Positions 47,023-57,101 are shown, counted from the first letter of the stretch. The stretch: 64,000 nt of DNA from Crocinitomicaceae bacterium (GCA_021740085.1 JAIPAL010000002.1:4536-68535), one strand, 5' to 3'. Notes: generated by a model from the sequence alone, not told the origin. Made by a program: numbers and translations.

Positions 47023-47124
47023 GGAAATCAGTATGTTTTATACATTTCCACTTGATTTCTTACTATTAACCATAGATAATCAATTGTTCGCTAAATGGTG
47101 TTAATTAAAGATGCAGACTAAAAA

Positions 47125-48561
47125 TTAAGGGATTTTTAATTTTTGCCCAGTTCTGATAAGATCACTTTTTAAGTTGTTTTTGCGTTTTAATGCCGAAACA
47201 GTAACGTGGTATTTCTGAGCGATTCGCGATAGGGTGTCCCCAGATTTTACTGTATACGATTTTACAACTGGCTTTTTTTTGGGTGGGGTTCTTTCTTTTT
47301 CTTGAACTACTTGTATGGTGTCAATATTCTGATAAAATTTCCCCGCTATTTCCAATGATGAAATACTCGGACTTGCCTTGATTTTTAACAAGGTGTTTTC
47401 AAATGACTCAAAGATCTTTTGCCCCTTCAAATGGTACCCCTTTGTGTTTAAATGAACGCCATCTGATTGAGCATAACCTAAATCATTCCACGTTTTTATC
47501 GTTCCAAGTCCCCCCGCTAAATCGTACCAATTCCAAAACAAACAATTATTAACGCGAGCTATCGAATCCATCAAGTCCCTAAAAACAGGGCCAGCTGTGA
47601 TCATCTTTCCTTTATAGAACAAATCTTGGGTAGAGGTTAACACAACAAGCGCCTCTGGGCTTATTAATTTTATTTTTGTGATTGCTTTTTGCACCTGCCC
47701 TACCAAACTTGGATCAATTTTATTCGTGTACAAAATATCATTCGTGCCAAAATCAAGAAAGACAATATCTGGCTCAATTATCGGTAATTGCTGTTCTAAT
47801 TTATCTAGCACTAATATCGACCTAATGGCTGCAGCACCAACTCCCGTTGAGTGGTAAATTACCCCTTGATCTGCTGTTTTTTCAATGTTAAAGCCATAAA
47901 ATGTAAAGTGCTCTCCTGGAGAACACACGACTTTGATACTAATTGAACTTAGTGATTTAGGACAAGAAACCACCAGTCCATAATTAGTTTGCGTAACCTT
48001 GGAACTATCTACTAATATATTAATGGAATCTGCCCAAATACTAAATTCCCCAACAGAACCATCTTTTTCATAAAATAAATACAAGAGACTATTTTCTGTT
48101 TCTAACTTCGATTTAAATTTAAAATTAAGTGCTGCACTAGGCGATTTTGTATCCACAGACATCCCGCAAACACCCAAGGGTATTTCTTTTCTTCCCTGAA
48201 AACTTTTGACATACGCCCATGATCCAACAAAAGTAGACTCGTAGTTTACAGAAGAATATGTATTAGCTGCACCGTAATTAAAAATCAGCCCTCTACCTCC
48301 ATTCCCATATTTTTCCTGAAAACTTTTTCTTGCAATGGTGGTAGGAATCTCCGCTTGAATGTGGCTGCCTCCATAATGCACAAAAACCAGTTTTTCATTG
48401 GGTGTGTTATCAAAATGTGAGATTAGTTTTTGAGCTACCTCCTTAGAATAAAACTGAATGTAATTGTAGCTAGAGTCCAGCTTCAATCCCGCAGGATAAG
48501 GTTGAGCATTTGCATGCGCTACAAACAAAAAAAACAAAAAAAATAATCGGTTATTTTTCAA
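47125..48561 (-). CDS. Secreted SGNH/GDSL-like hydrolase (esterase/acyltransferase fold) with C-terminal LysM domain
   Basis: Signal peptide MKNNRLFFLFFLFVAHANAQ. SGNH-like blocks HYGGSH (I), FGTNDIL (III), SDGVHLN (V). Linker PPKKKP. LysM YTVKSGDTLSRIAQKYHVTVSALKRKNNLKSDLIRTGQKLKIP. Confidence 0.7.
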   Translation of the reverse strand: MKNNRLFFLFFLFVAHANAQPYPAGLKLDSSYNYIQFYSKEVAQKLISHFDNTPNEKLVFVHYGGSHIQAEIPTTIARKSFQEKYGNGGRGLIFNYGAANTYSSVNYESTFVGSWAYVKSFQGRKEIPLGVCGMSVDTKSPSAALNFKFKSKLETENSLLYLFYEKDGSVGEFSIWADSINILVDSSKVTQTNYGLVVSCPKSLSSISIKVVCSPGEHFTFYGFNIEKTADQGVIYHSTGVGAAAIRSILVLDKLEQQLPIIEPDIVFLDFGTNDILYTNKIDPSLVGQVQKAITKIKLISPEALVVLTSTQDLFYKGKMITAGPVFRDLMDSIARVNNCLFWNWYDLAGGLGTIKTWNDLGYAQSDGVHLNTKGYHLKGQKIFESFENTLLKIKASPSISSLEIAGKFYQNIDTIQVVQEKERTPPKKKPVVKSYTVKSGDTLSRIAQKYHVTVSALKRKNNLKSDLIRTGQKLKIP

Positions 48562-48562
48562 T

Positions 48563-49888
48563 TCAATCTATTTTTAGCGTGTCCTTCACGGGCCGTGTAA
48601 CTTTATTGGTATCAGAGGCTACAGGCGGCTTGTATTTTGGGACGCCACTGTTGGTTGCTAAGCGCCGCATCATATTAATTGTTCCTTGGCTCTGCGCACC
48701 ATACATTCCCATAGCAAAAATTAAATCATTGATTTTATTTTGCTCAATCAATTGTAAAAGATTGTGGTTTGAATAGCGGAAATCAAGCACGTAAATCTCT
48801 TCATAATGACTGATTAGATAAACAGCAAAAGCATTGCCCATTGAGTTTTTTATTACCACCGCCTTTTTTCCATTTTTTACAGAAGTGGTTATTTTTATTA
48901 ATGGTGCATCCCCTCCTAGGAAAGTTAAATAGGTATTACCTCCGCTACAAGCATGGGAAAAAACGTTCGCTTTGGTTGGACGATCAAAGTTGTTGGCATT
49001 ATAGCGGACAGCCGTCGTTGTTACATAAGGAACATAATAAACCATAGTGTCTGGATTAGCCTTCACAGATGGGTCTCTAGTTAACTGATAAAGCGACCCA
49101 AGGAAATTATACTTAATCCTTTTTTCCATTTTGTTTCGATCGACCGGTGTAAATCCTGCACCACGACAAAAAGCGACATAGGCATAATATGCTCCAATTG
49201 CATTCCAATGATGATCGGTGCTAAAATACATTTTCTCATTAGCGTGCTTATCTAATTCATTGAAGACGTCACAAAATATAGCTCCACTTAGGGAATTTTT
49301 AATAGCTAGCAAGGTTTCTTTATTTTGACCGTTGTATTTTCTGAATTTAATGGCCGGAATAAATGCCGAAGAAAGTGGAGCAACTGCAGACAATACTCTT
49401 GTCCTACCTCTTAATTTATCAGCATATTCATTAAGCATGGCAGCGAAAACCCGAGACATTTTAGGGCTACCCCCACCTACCGGATAAACGCTTCCATCAA
49501 GAATAAGCAAACTTCCTGAATACGCTTCCTCAAAATCATCTTTAAAATTTATTTTTGCATGAGTCGTGTCCTCCTCATTTTTTTTGTCGGAAGGGCGTTT
49601 TTTGCCAATAAAAATTTTCTCCTGATTTTTGAAATGAATTCCTTTGGAAGCATGAAAAATCTCAGCCATTGAAATAAAATTATTTCTAAAAGGGAAATGG
49701 TCATCAATAAAATCATCCACACTATGCGACCATGAACCATTTAAATAGGTGTCGAAAGTTAAGGTAGATAATTCTGCTAATTTTCTTTTCTCTCCTAAAG
49801 ATACTTTCTGTGTTGGCGTAAATAGATAAAAAGAATACATCCCTACCAGCGCACTTAAAAACAAGATTGAATTAATTTTATTTATCAT
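48563..49888 (-). CDS. DHHW-family (AlgJ/AlgX-like) protein with N-terminal membrane anchor
   Basis: Single N-terminal TM helix (ILFLSALVGMYSFYLF). STDHHWN motif, the Asp-x-His block of AlgJ/AlgX-type SGNH-like O-acetyltransferases. Later VIKNSMGNAF. Confidence 0.65.
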   Translation of the reverse strand: MINKINSILFLSALVGMYSFYLFTPTQKVSLGEKRKLAELSTLTFDTYLNGSWSHSVDDFIDDHFPFRNNFISMAEIFHASKGIHFKNQEKIFIGKKRPSDKKNEEDTTHAKINFKDDFEEAYSGSLLILDGSVYPVGGGSPKMSRVFAAMLNEYADKLRGRTRVLSAVAPLSSAFIPAIKFRKYNGQNKETLLAIKNSLSGAIFCDVFNELDKHANEKMYFSTDHHWNAIGAYYAYVAFCRGAGFTPVDRNKMEKRIKYNFLGSLYQLTRDPSVKANPDTMVYYVPYVTTTAVRYNANNFDRPTKANVFSHACSGGNTYLTFLGGDAPLIKITTSVKNGKKAVVIKNSMGNAFAVYLISHYEEIYVLDFRYSNHNLLQLIEQNKINDLIFAMGMYGAQSQGTINMMRRLATNSGVPKYKPPVASDTNKVTRPVKDTLKID

Positions 49889-51282
49889 TAAAAACGAGTA
49901 TATAAAAAAGGATTATACGAAGAATTAACGAGCAACATCGTGGCTAAAAATAACATCGCTATATTAAACGCTGGCTTTAACATGTGATAATAACGAGTTG
50001 TTTCCATGTTAACTTTGGTATCGGAGGGATAAATCTCATCCCACGGAATACACATTAACACCACCAAAATAAACCAAAAGATGTGCTCAAACAAATCTGA
50101 TTTAAATCCCGGACTTATCGAATTGGTAGAATAAAAAAGCTTGCCCACAAATAATTTTAACTGACCAAAATCGACAAAGTAAAAAATGGCACGGCTAAAT
50201 ATTATTAATATTAATGTGTAAGTATGTCTGAGGAAACGAGGAACCTTCTTAAGGAAGTTCTCTAATAGTTTTTCAATAATCATAAAGGAACCAAAATAGA
50301 AGCCCCATAACGCAAAATTCCAACTAGCACCATGCCAAATCCCCGTCAATAGCCATACGATCATTATGTTTCTTAACTGAAGTTTTCTATTTCCCCCTAT
50401 CGGGATATAAACATAATCACGAAAGAACTTACCCAATGAAATGTGCCACCTTCTATAAAAATCCCCTACAGATTGTGCCGCATAGGGATGCCTAAAATTC
50501 TCATCAAAATCGAAACCGAACATTTTTGCTAAACCAATGGCCATGTCCGAATAGCCACTAAAATCAAAATATAATTGAACAGAAAACATCGTTATACCAA
50601 ACCATGCCTCTACGGTTGAAAGATCATTGAAGCCTGCATCCAAGTATTTTGTTACTAAAGCTCCCGCAACATTAGCGATTACAATTTTCTTGAAAAGTCC
50701 TATGCAAAACCTTGAAATACCGTTGCTAAATCTAGCCCAATCAATCGAACGACTATCAACTTGACTTCCAATTTGACTGTACCTAACAATAGGCCCCGCC
50801 ACTAAATGCTGAAACAAACTGATAAACATTAAGAAATTTAAAGGATTTCTTTGCGCTTTTAATTGACCACGATAAACATCAACAATGTATGAAATAACCA
50901 TGAAAGTGTAAAAGGAGATCCCTACTGGCAATGAGTTTTTGGGCCTATCAAAAGGCAATTGACCAATAGCGCTTAAATTATCATATAAAAAGCCCCCGTA
51001 TTTATAAAATATAAGTAAGCTTAAATTAACCATAATAGTGATTAACAGTATGATTTTTGCTTTTTTATCTCCTCGCCAACGCTCTATTAAAAGAGCCATG
51101 TAATAATCAAAGATTGCGGTGAAAATCATTAGGTAGATCCACATTGGCTCTTCCCATGCGTAAAAAGCCAACGAGAAAGCTGTTAAGCTAATATTTCTGA
51201 ATAATTTGTTAGGGGTAAGGTAATGAAAAAATAACGCTAGGGGTAAGAATAGATAAATGAATGTTAAACTTGAAAATACCAT
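49888..51282 (-). CDS. MBOAT-family membrane-bound O-acyltransferase (AlgI/PatA/DltB-like)
   Basis: Multi-pass membrane protein with the MBOAT histidine region FYRRWHISLGKFFRDYVYIPIGGNR and WHGASWNF. Its stop shares nt 49888 with the next gene's start. Confidence 0.85.
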   Translation of the reverse strand: MVFSSLTFIYLFLPLALFFHYLTPNKLFRNISLTAFSLAFYAWEEPMWIYLMIFTAIFDYYMALLIERWRGDKKAKIILLITIMVNLSLLIFYKYGGFLYDNLSAIGQLPFDRPKNSLPVGISFYTFMVISYIVDVYRGQLKAQRNPLNFLMFISLFQHLVAGPIVRYSQIGSQVDSRSIDWARFSNGISRFCIGLFKKIVIANVAGALVTKYLDAGFNDLSTVEAWFGITMFSVQLYFDFSGYSDMAIGLAKMFGFDFDENFRHPYAAQSVGDFYRRWHISLGKFFRDYVYIPIGGNRKLQLRNIMIVWLLTGIWHGASWNFALWGFYFGSFMIIEKLLENFLKKVPRFLRHTYTLILIIFSRAIFYFVDFGQLKLFVGKLFYSTNSISPGFKSDLFEHIFWFILVVLMCIPWDEIYPSDTKVNMETTRYYHMLKPAFNIAMLFLATMLLVNSSYNPFLYTRF

Positions 51283-51327
51283 AGCACTATATTATAGCTG
51301 TTTTTTAAGGAGAACGAATTTACAAAC

Positions 51328-51335
51328 TATATTTG
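51328..51335 (+). promoter_or_regulatory. Candidate -7 box TATATTTG upstream of the thioredoxin-domain gene
   Basis: TAnnTTTG match 49 nt upstream of ATG 51385. Embedded in the palindrome TACAAA-N5-TTTGTA (51321-51337). Confidence 0.3.
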
Positions 51336-51384
51336 TATTTAAAAAACGCGGTTAGACAACTGCGAACACTTAGCAACCCACCCA

Positions 51385-53370
51385 ATGAATAAATTAGCTT
51401 CAGAAAGCTCTCCCTATTTACTTCAACATGCGAACAATCCCGTAAATTGGATCGCTTGGTCTGACGATGTATTTAGCCTTGCGAAAAAAGAAAATAAATT
51501 AATCTTAATTAGTATAGGTTATTCTGCTTGTCATTGGTGCCATGTGATGGAGCACGAATGTTTTGAAGATGAAGCGGTCGCTGCTTACATGAACGAACAT
51601 TTTATCAATATTAAAGTAGATCGAGAAGAAAGGCCGGATATTGATCAAGTGTACATGAGTGCCTTGCAATTAATGACTCAAAAAGGTGGTTGGCCGCTTA
51701 ATTGTTTTTGCCTATCCGATGGAAGACCATTATACGGCGGCACTTATTTTCCAAAAGATAGCTGGATGGAAGTGATGGCCGCTTTGATTAAAACACAAAA
51801 GACTGATTTTCCTAGAATGTTAGATTTTGCTACACAACTTCAAGAAGGAATCCATAATAGCGAGTTAATCACAGAGCCGGTTTTTCTTAAACAATTATCA
51901 GAAGAGAAATTGGATGCTACCATTCTATCTTGGGAGAAAATTTTCGATAATTACGAAGGCGGCAAATTAAGAGCCCCCAAATTTCCATTGCCTAACAATT
52001 ATCTTTTCCTGCTCAATTACAGTCACGTTTTCGATAACGAAACGGTAAGAAAGCATGTAAAACTCACCCTTGACAAGATGGCACAAGGGGGGATTTTTGA
52101 TCAAATTGGCGGAGGATTTTCGCGCTATTCGGTCGATGTACTATGGAAAGTACCGCATTTTGAAAAAATGCTTTATGACAACGCACAATTAATTGAACTT
52201 TACGCCACAGCATTTAACCTATATGGGGAGCTTTCATACAAGAAAGTCGTAGAACAAACTTTTGAGTGGTTAATTCGCGAAATGCGAGCAGAAAACGGCT
52301 GTTTTTATAGTGCCCTTGATGCCGATAGTGAAGGTGAAGAAGGACGTTTCTATTGTTGGAATATATCGGAATTAAAAAGTGTGCTAAAATCAGATTTCAA
52401 TTGGGTGAAAAATTATTACTCAATTAATCCCGATGGCTTTTGGGAAGATGATAAATACATACTTCTAAAGCGCAAAAGCGACCAAGATTTTGCGGTTGAA
52501 ATGGATTGGACGATGACCGAATTGTCGACTAAAACCGCAGAAATAAATAAAAAACTACTGTTTATTCGCCAAAAAAGGATTGCTCCAGGACTGGATAACA
52601 AATGCCTAACTTCATGGAATGGCTTGCTTGTTTCAGCTTTGTGTCAAGCATATAATTCGTTTTCTAATAATGCCTATTTAGCTGCTGCTTTGCAAACGGG
52701 AGAATGGTTACTCGCCTCTCAAATGGACAAAAAAGATCGGCTATTTCATAATTTCACCAAAGGCAAAGCAAACATTCCTGGGTTTCTGGAAGATTATGCT
52801 TGTTGTATTGATGCCTTTATCAAACTTTATCAAACAACTAAAGATAGTAAGTGGCTACTTTCAGCAGAAAGACTTACAAAAACAGTTGAAAACGAATTTA
52901 TGCATCCGGAAAGTAAAATGTGTTATTTTACTAGTTCTGATAATCAACTAATTGCAAGAAAAATGGAGGTGCATGATAATGTTATGCCCTCAAGTAACTC
53001 AGTAATGGCGAAAAACTTTTGGATAATGGGTCACTATTTTCAACACGAAAATTGGGTGAATTATGCCCGTCAAATGCTTGCCAATGCGACTGAAGAAATG
53101 GAAAGTTATGGGCCAGGACATTCCAACTGGGCATTGTTATATTTAATGGAATTAAAAGGTCCTATCGAAATCACTAATCTTGATGCCTTGACCTTTAATT
53201 TAAATCATCACGGTATATATCCAAGAGAACGGGTGATTCTAAATTATCATAAAGAAATACCTGTCGGAAGTAATCACAATGAAAATGGTATATTTATTTG
53301 TGCTAACGGAACCTGCTTTCCTCCTATTACTGTGGAAAAAAATTATTTAGTGCTAATAAACAGCTTATAA
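51385..53370 (+). CDS. Thioredoxin-domain (DUF255) / N-acylglucosamine-2-epimerase-fold protein (YyaL/SPATA20-like)
   Basis: [14 protein letters not shown], CxxC in [14 protein letters not shown], then a long alpha/alpha-toroid-like C-terminal region. 661 aa. Confidence 0.85.
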   Translation: MNKLASESSPYLLQHANNPVNWIAWSDDVFSLAKKENKLILISIGYSACHWCHVMEHECFEDEAVAAYMNEHFINIKVDREERPDIDQVYMSALQLMTQKGGWPLNCFCLSDGRPLYGGTYFPKDSWMEVMAALIKTQKTDFPRMLDFATQLQEGIHNSELITEPVFLKQLSEEKLDATILSWEKIFDNYEGGKLRAPKFPLPNNYLFLLNYSHVFDNETVRKHVKLTLDKMAQGGIFDQIGGGFSRYSVDVLWKVPHFEKMLYDNAQLIELYATAFNLYGELSYKKVVEQTFEWLIREMRAENGCFYSALDADSEGEEGRFYCWNISELKSVLKSDFNWVKNYYSINPDGFWEDDKYILLKRKSDQDFAVEMDWTMTELSTKTAEINKKLLFIRQKRIAPGLDNKCLTSWNGLLVSALCQAYNSFSNNAYLAAALQTGEWLLASQMDKKDRLFHNFTKGKANIPGFLEDYACCIDAFIKLYQTTKDSKWLLSAERLTKTVENEFMHPESKMCYFTSSDNQLIARKMEVHDNVMPSSNSVMAKNFWIMGHYFQHENWVNYARQMLANATEEMESYGPGHSNWALLYLMELKGPIEITNLDALTFNLNHHGIYPRERVILNYHKEIPVGSNHNENGIFICANGTCFPPITVEKNYLVLINSL

Positions 53371-54324
53371 TTACCCTTTTCTCGCCAATGCCTTAAGAGA
53401 TGCGTTGATAATATCTTCAGTATCGATACCATATTTAGTCATTAATTCCATAGGAGCGCCACTCTCACCAAAAGTATCATTCACGCCAACAAACTCTTGA
53501 GGAACGGGCATTTTACGAGCTAATACTTGCGATACAGCTTCTCCTAATCCCCCATTGATCATATGTTCTTCCGCTGTTACCACACATTTTGTTTTTGCAA
53601 CAGAAAGTAAAATTGCCGATTCATCCAAAGGCTTAATGGTGTGCATATTTATTAATTCTACTGAAATACCACGCTCTTCTAAAACTTTAATTGCCTCAAT
53701 TGATTTCCAAACTAAATGTCCACAAGCAATAATCGTAATGTCGGTTCCTTCTTTTATGATGTCTGCTTTTCCAATAACAAAAAGTGCATCAGGTTTAATA
53801 AAAATTGGCATCACTGGTCTTCCAAATCTTAAATAAACAGGTCCTTGATGATCCGCTATCGCAATTGTTGCTTGTTTCGTTTGATTAAAATCAGCCGGAA
53901 CTATCACTGTCATATTTGGTAACATTCGCATCATGCCAATATCTTCTAAAGTTTGATGGGTTGCCCCATCTTCTCCTAGCGTTAATCCTGCATGCGAAGC
54001 ACAAATCTTCACATTCTTTTGCGAATAGGCAATTGATTGACGGATTTGGTCATAAACTCTTCCGGTTGAAAAATTTGCAAAGGTGCCAGTAAAAGGAATT
54101 TTACCCCCAATAGTCATCCCCGCAGCAATACACATCATGTTTGCTTCAGCAATACCAATTTGAAAAAACCGTTCTGGATTTTCTTTCAAGAAAGCGTCCA
54201 TTTTTAGAGACCCTGTTAAATCAGCGCAAAGTGCTACCACATTTGGGTTTGTTCTTCCTAATTCAGCCAAACCCTCACCAAAACCAGAGCGAGTGTCTTT
54301 ATTTCCAAGTATTTCTATTTCCAT
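53371..54324 (-). CDS. Transketolase, C-terminal (pyrimidine-binding + C-terminal domain) subunit of a split enzyme
   Basis: 317 aa. [28 protein letters not shown]. Typical of split transketolase subunit B. Confidence 0.9.
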   Translation of the reverse strand: MEIEILGNKDTRSGFGEGLAELGRTNPNVVALCADLTGSLKMDAFLKENPERFFQIGIAEANMMCIAAGMTIGGKIPFTGTFANFSTGRVYDQIRQSIAYSQKNVKICASHAGLTLGEDGATHQTLEDIGMMRMLPNMTVIVPADFNQTKQATIAIADHQGPVYLRFGRPVMPIFIKPDALFVIGKADIIKEGTDITIIACGHLVWKSIEAIKVLEERGISVELINMHTIKPLDESAILLSVAKTKCVVTAEEHMINGGLGEAVSQVLARKMPVPQEFVGVNDTFGESGAPMELMTKYGIDTEDIINASLKALARKG

Positions 54325-54327
54325 ATG

Positions 54328-55662
54328 TTAAAGATTTAAAAGTATTTTTTTTGTAGATTCTATTTTAAATTTTTTCTCTTGCGTATATCCGGTTGACTTT
54401 TGATCTTTTTGTCGATAAATCAATTTATAATTTCCCGGTTGAAGGGCATATTTAGAAGACAATAATTTTTCATCCAAATTAAAAACCCATTCAAATAATC
54501 CATTCCCTTTATCAACAAAAACTTGCCCAACCATATATTTTACACTTTTCAATTCTAAGGAACCTGCAGCCTTTATGGCTAATAAGGTGGTTTTACTTTG
54601 AGAAATCTCAACCCTTTCGTGGATGCGTGGTAAAGTCAAAATCTCAAGGTCATAAAACCCTACTAGGTATTTGTCTTGAGTATTAATCGACTGAACATTG
54701 ATGGTTTCATAGTTGCCCTTTTGCATTACACGAATTGAAACCGGCGTTGTCCCTGTACATTTTAAAAATCCTTGTGGAGCGTCCACTTGAATAATATTAT
54801 GTGAGTTTCTTATCAATGAAATTCCTTTCTTTTCAATTTTCGGAAGCGTATTCACAATCAAATCGTATTTAAAAGCGGGGTCAATTACAAGCGTATCTGG
54901 ATTATTATACCGATTTAAGGTATGGGTATAACTGTACTTTAAATTTTGAGTTCCAGCTTCATAAAGAAAAAGTGTGACATTGGTTTCCGTTGGCTTTTTC
55001 AGGATGTCATTTAAATTAATTTGAACGGTCGTTTTTATTAATATTTTCTCAATAATTGTTGTTAGCACGCTACTAAAAGACCCCTTGTCTTCAGCATCGG
55101 AATAAGAACCAATGCAAGCAAAATTTTCTAAATAAGATAAGTCCATCCCCAAGCCGATGACGAATGGTGTTACTTTCACTCCTTTTTCACGTAATTTTTT
55201 CGCAATAACACAAGGGTTATTATCACAAGACTCCAATCCATCGGTAATCAGAATGATTACATTTCGGGAAGTAGTGTCTGGAAAATCGCCTGCTGCAGCC
55301 TCTAAAGATCGCGCAATTGGAGTAGCGCCTTTAGCAATTAAACCTCGGATCTTGTTTTTTATTAGGTCTATGTTTCCATTAGAAAATGGAACTTCTAATT
55401 TAGTATCATTACAATCTTGTGTATTATTAGTAATCGGTGTTTGATGGCCATAAATACGAAGAGCTATTTCGATATTTGGGACGCCCTTGAATTTTTCCAT
55501 CGCTTGTAACAAAACTTCTTTTGCCCCCTCTAAACGCGTTTGCTTATCCCAGGTGGAATTCATGCTATTGGAGGCATCCAAAATAAAAAGTATACGCGTT
55601 ATTTTTTCCTGTTGAGAGAAACACAACATGGGAAATAAAAGGACGAGTATAAAAATCCGCAT
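54328..55662 (-). CDS. Secreted von Willebrand factor type A (VWA) domain protein with beta-rich C-terminal region
   Basis: Signal peptide MRIFILVLLFPMLCFSQQ. MIDAS motif ILDASNSM, plus GATPIARSL and ILITDGLESC. About 250 aa of uncharacterised C-terminal sequence. Confidence 0.75.
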   Translation of the reverse strand: MRIFILVLLFPMLCFSQQEKITRILFILDASNSMNSTWDKQTRLEGAKEVLLQAMEKFKGVPNIEIALRIYGHQTPITNNTQDCNDTKLEVPFSNGNIDLIKNKIRGLIAKGATPIARSLEAAAGDFPDTTSRNVIILITDGLESCDNNPCVIAKKLREKGVKVTPFVIGLGMDLSYLENFACIGSYSDAEDKGSFSSVLTTIIEKILIKTTVQINLNDILKKPTETNVTLFLYEAGTQNLKYSYTHTLNRYNNPDTLVIDPAFKYDLIVNTLPKIEKKGISLIRNSHNIIQVDAPQGFLKCTGTTPVSIRVMQKGNYETINVQSINTQDKYLVGFYDLEILTLPRIHERVEISQSKTTLLAIKAAGSLELKSVKYMVGQVFVDKGNGLFEWVFNLDEKLLSSKYALQPGNYKLIYRQKDQKSTGYTQEKKFKIESTKKILLNL

Positions 55663-55663
55663 A

Positions 55664-56506
55664 TTAATAATCCCCTATAGTTTCACTTAATTGATTTAAA
55701 GCACTTTCTAATTGTTGGTCATTCGGTGCAGAACCGTGCCACTTGTGTGTCCCCATCATAAAGTCTACTCCCTGACCCATTTCAGTTTTCATAATTACAA
55801 CGATTGGCTTCCCTTTTCCCGTTAAAGAAATGGCAGTGTCCATTACACTGCGCATAGCATCAAAATTGTGGCCATCCATTTCGAGCACTTCCCAACCAAA
55901 GGCTTCCCATTTAGCGGAAAGATTTCCAAGAGGTAGTACTTGATCTAAGTCACCATCAATTTGTCTTCCATTGTAATCTATCGTTGCAATTAAATTATCC
56001 ACTTTATTGGCGGCGGCATACATCGCTGCTTCCCAAATTTGGCCTTCTTGTAATTCACCATCACCATGCAAGGTGAAAACTAAATGATTATCGTGATTTA
56101 GTTTTTTAGTGATCGCGGCACCAATTCCGACAGAAAGTCCCTGACCTAAAGAACCTGATGCCATTCTTATTCCCGGTAGTTTTTTATCAGTAGATGGGTG
56201 GCCTTGTAAACGGGAAGATATTTTTCTAAAAGTAGCTAATTCAGCAACTGGGAAATAGCCTGTTCTTGCTAAAACACTATACCAAACAGGGGAAATGTGT
56301 CCATTCGACAAGAAGAACAAATCTTCATTTTTTCCATCCATATTGAAATTATTTGAATCAAATCTAAGTTTCTCAAAATATAAAAATGTTAAAAAATCTG
56401 CGCAGCCTAAGGACCCACCTGGATGTCCAGAACTTACAGCATGTACCATTCTTAAAATATCTCTTCTTACCTGTGAAGCAATTTCGGCTAATTTAATGTT
56501 CTCCAT
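55664..56506 (-). CDS. Transketolase, N-terminal (thiamine-diphosphate-binding) subunit of a split enzyme
   Basis: SSGHPGGSLG, GDGELQEGQIWEA. Start moved to the ATG at 56506 (MENIKLAEIASQVRRDILRM) because a -7-like box lies inside the longer listed ORF. Confidence 0.9.
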   Translation of the reverse strand: MENIKLAEIASQVRRDILRMVHAVSSGHPGGSLGCADFLTFLYFEKLRFDSNNFNMDGKNEDLFFLSNGHISPVWYSVLARTGYFPVAELATFRKISSRLQGHPSTDKKLPGIRMASGSLGQGLSVGIGAAITKKLNHDNHLVFTLHGDGELQEGQIWEAAMYAAANKVDNLIATIDYNGRQIDGDLDQVLPLGNLSAKWEAFGWEVLEMDGHNFDAMRSVMDTAISLTGKGKPIVVIMKTEMGQGVDFMMGTHKWHGSAPNDQQLESALNQLSETIGDY

Positions 56507-56530
56507 TTTATATCGTTTATAATCGAAAAG

Positions 56531-56538
56531 CAAAACTA
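56531..56538 (-). promoter_or_regulatory. Candidate -7 box TAGTTTTG (minus strand) upstream of the split transketolase operon
   Basis: Plus-strand caaaacta is minus-strand TAGTTTTG, 24 nt upstream of the ATG at 56506. Confidence 0.3.
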
Positions 56539-56658
56539 AGTTTAAATCTTTTTGCTGCCACATTAAAAAACGAACAATAAATGCAACTTTTCAACCAAAA
56601 AAAAGTCTTAAGGTGTGTTAAACAACTATTGGGTTACTATTTGTTACATCTTAACGCA

Positions 56659-56690
56659 TTGGTTTAACATTAAAAAAAAGATTAAATTTG
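56659..56690 (+). promoter_or_regulatory. Candidate promoter TTG-N21-TAAATTTG upstream of the 129-aa / CUB-protein gene pair
   Basis: TTG at 56659-56661 and TAAATTTG at 56683-56690, 21 nt upstream of ATG 56712. Confidence 0.35.
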
Positions 56691-56711
56691 CTTTTTTCTT
56701 AAATTAAAACC

Positions 56712-57101
56712 ATGCGGAAAATTATATCCATCCCCTTATTTTTAGCTCTTTTTTGTACTAACATTGTATTGGCGCAAAAACAAACTTCTCAAGAAAAAGA
56801 ACTTTTGAAAGTTTATGATAAAAGTGAATTAAACAACTTCAAAAAAGATAGCGACCAATTTGCTGTCCTTTGTTATGCTATTGACCATGCAACTTATATG
56901 ATCGATGCACCTAAAGACAAGGATGTGAGTGCTTTTCCAGAAATAGCAATTAAAATGGGCCAAGCTCCAATGTTCACGGATTTAAATATTAAAATAAGCG
57001 ACCGCTCTCAATATTTCCGGGTTGTGGGTCAAAACAAGTTGTTAATTGTGAAATCAATGTATGTTTTGCAATTGGAAATGAATAAAACAAGCAAACAATG
57101 A
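56712..57101 (+). CDS. Small secreted hypothetical protein (129 aa)
   Basis: Signal peptide MRKIISIPLFLALFCTNIVLAQ. No recognisable motif. The stop overlaps the next gene's start (ATGA). Confidence 0.5.
   Translation: MRKIISIPLFLALFCTNIVLAQKQTSQEKELLKVYDKSELNNFKKDSDQFAVLCYAIDHATYMIDAPKDKDVSAFPEIAIKMGQAPMFTDLNIKISDRSQYFRVVGQNKLLIVKSMYVLQLEMNKTSKQ

Noticed and set aside
47273-47280. An A8 run (coding strand) in the PPKKKP linker between the SGNH domain and the LysM domain. It could be a frameshift-prone site that would detach LysM.
   Set aside because: It simply encodes Lys-Lys-Lys in an AT-rich genome. An 8-mer is short for efficient slippage, and the reading frame is intact here.
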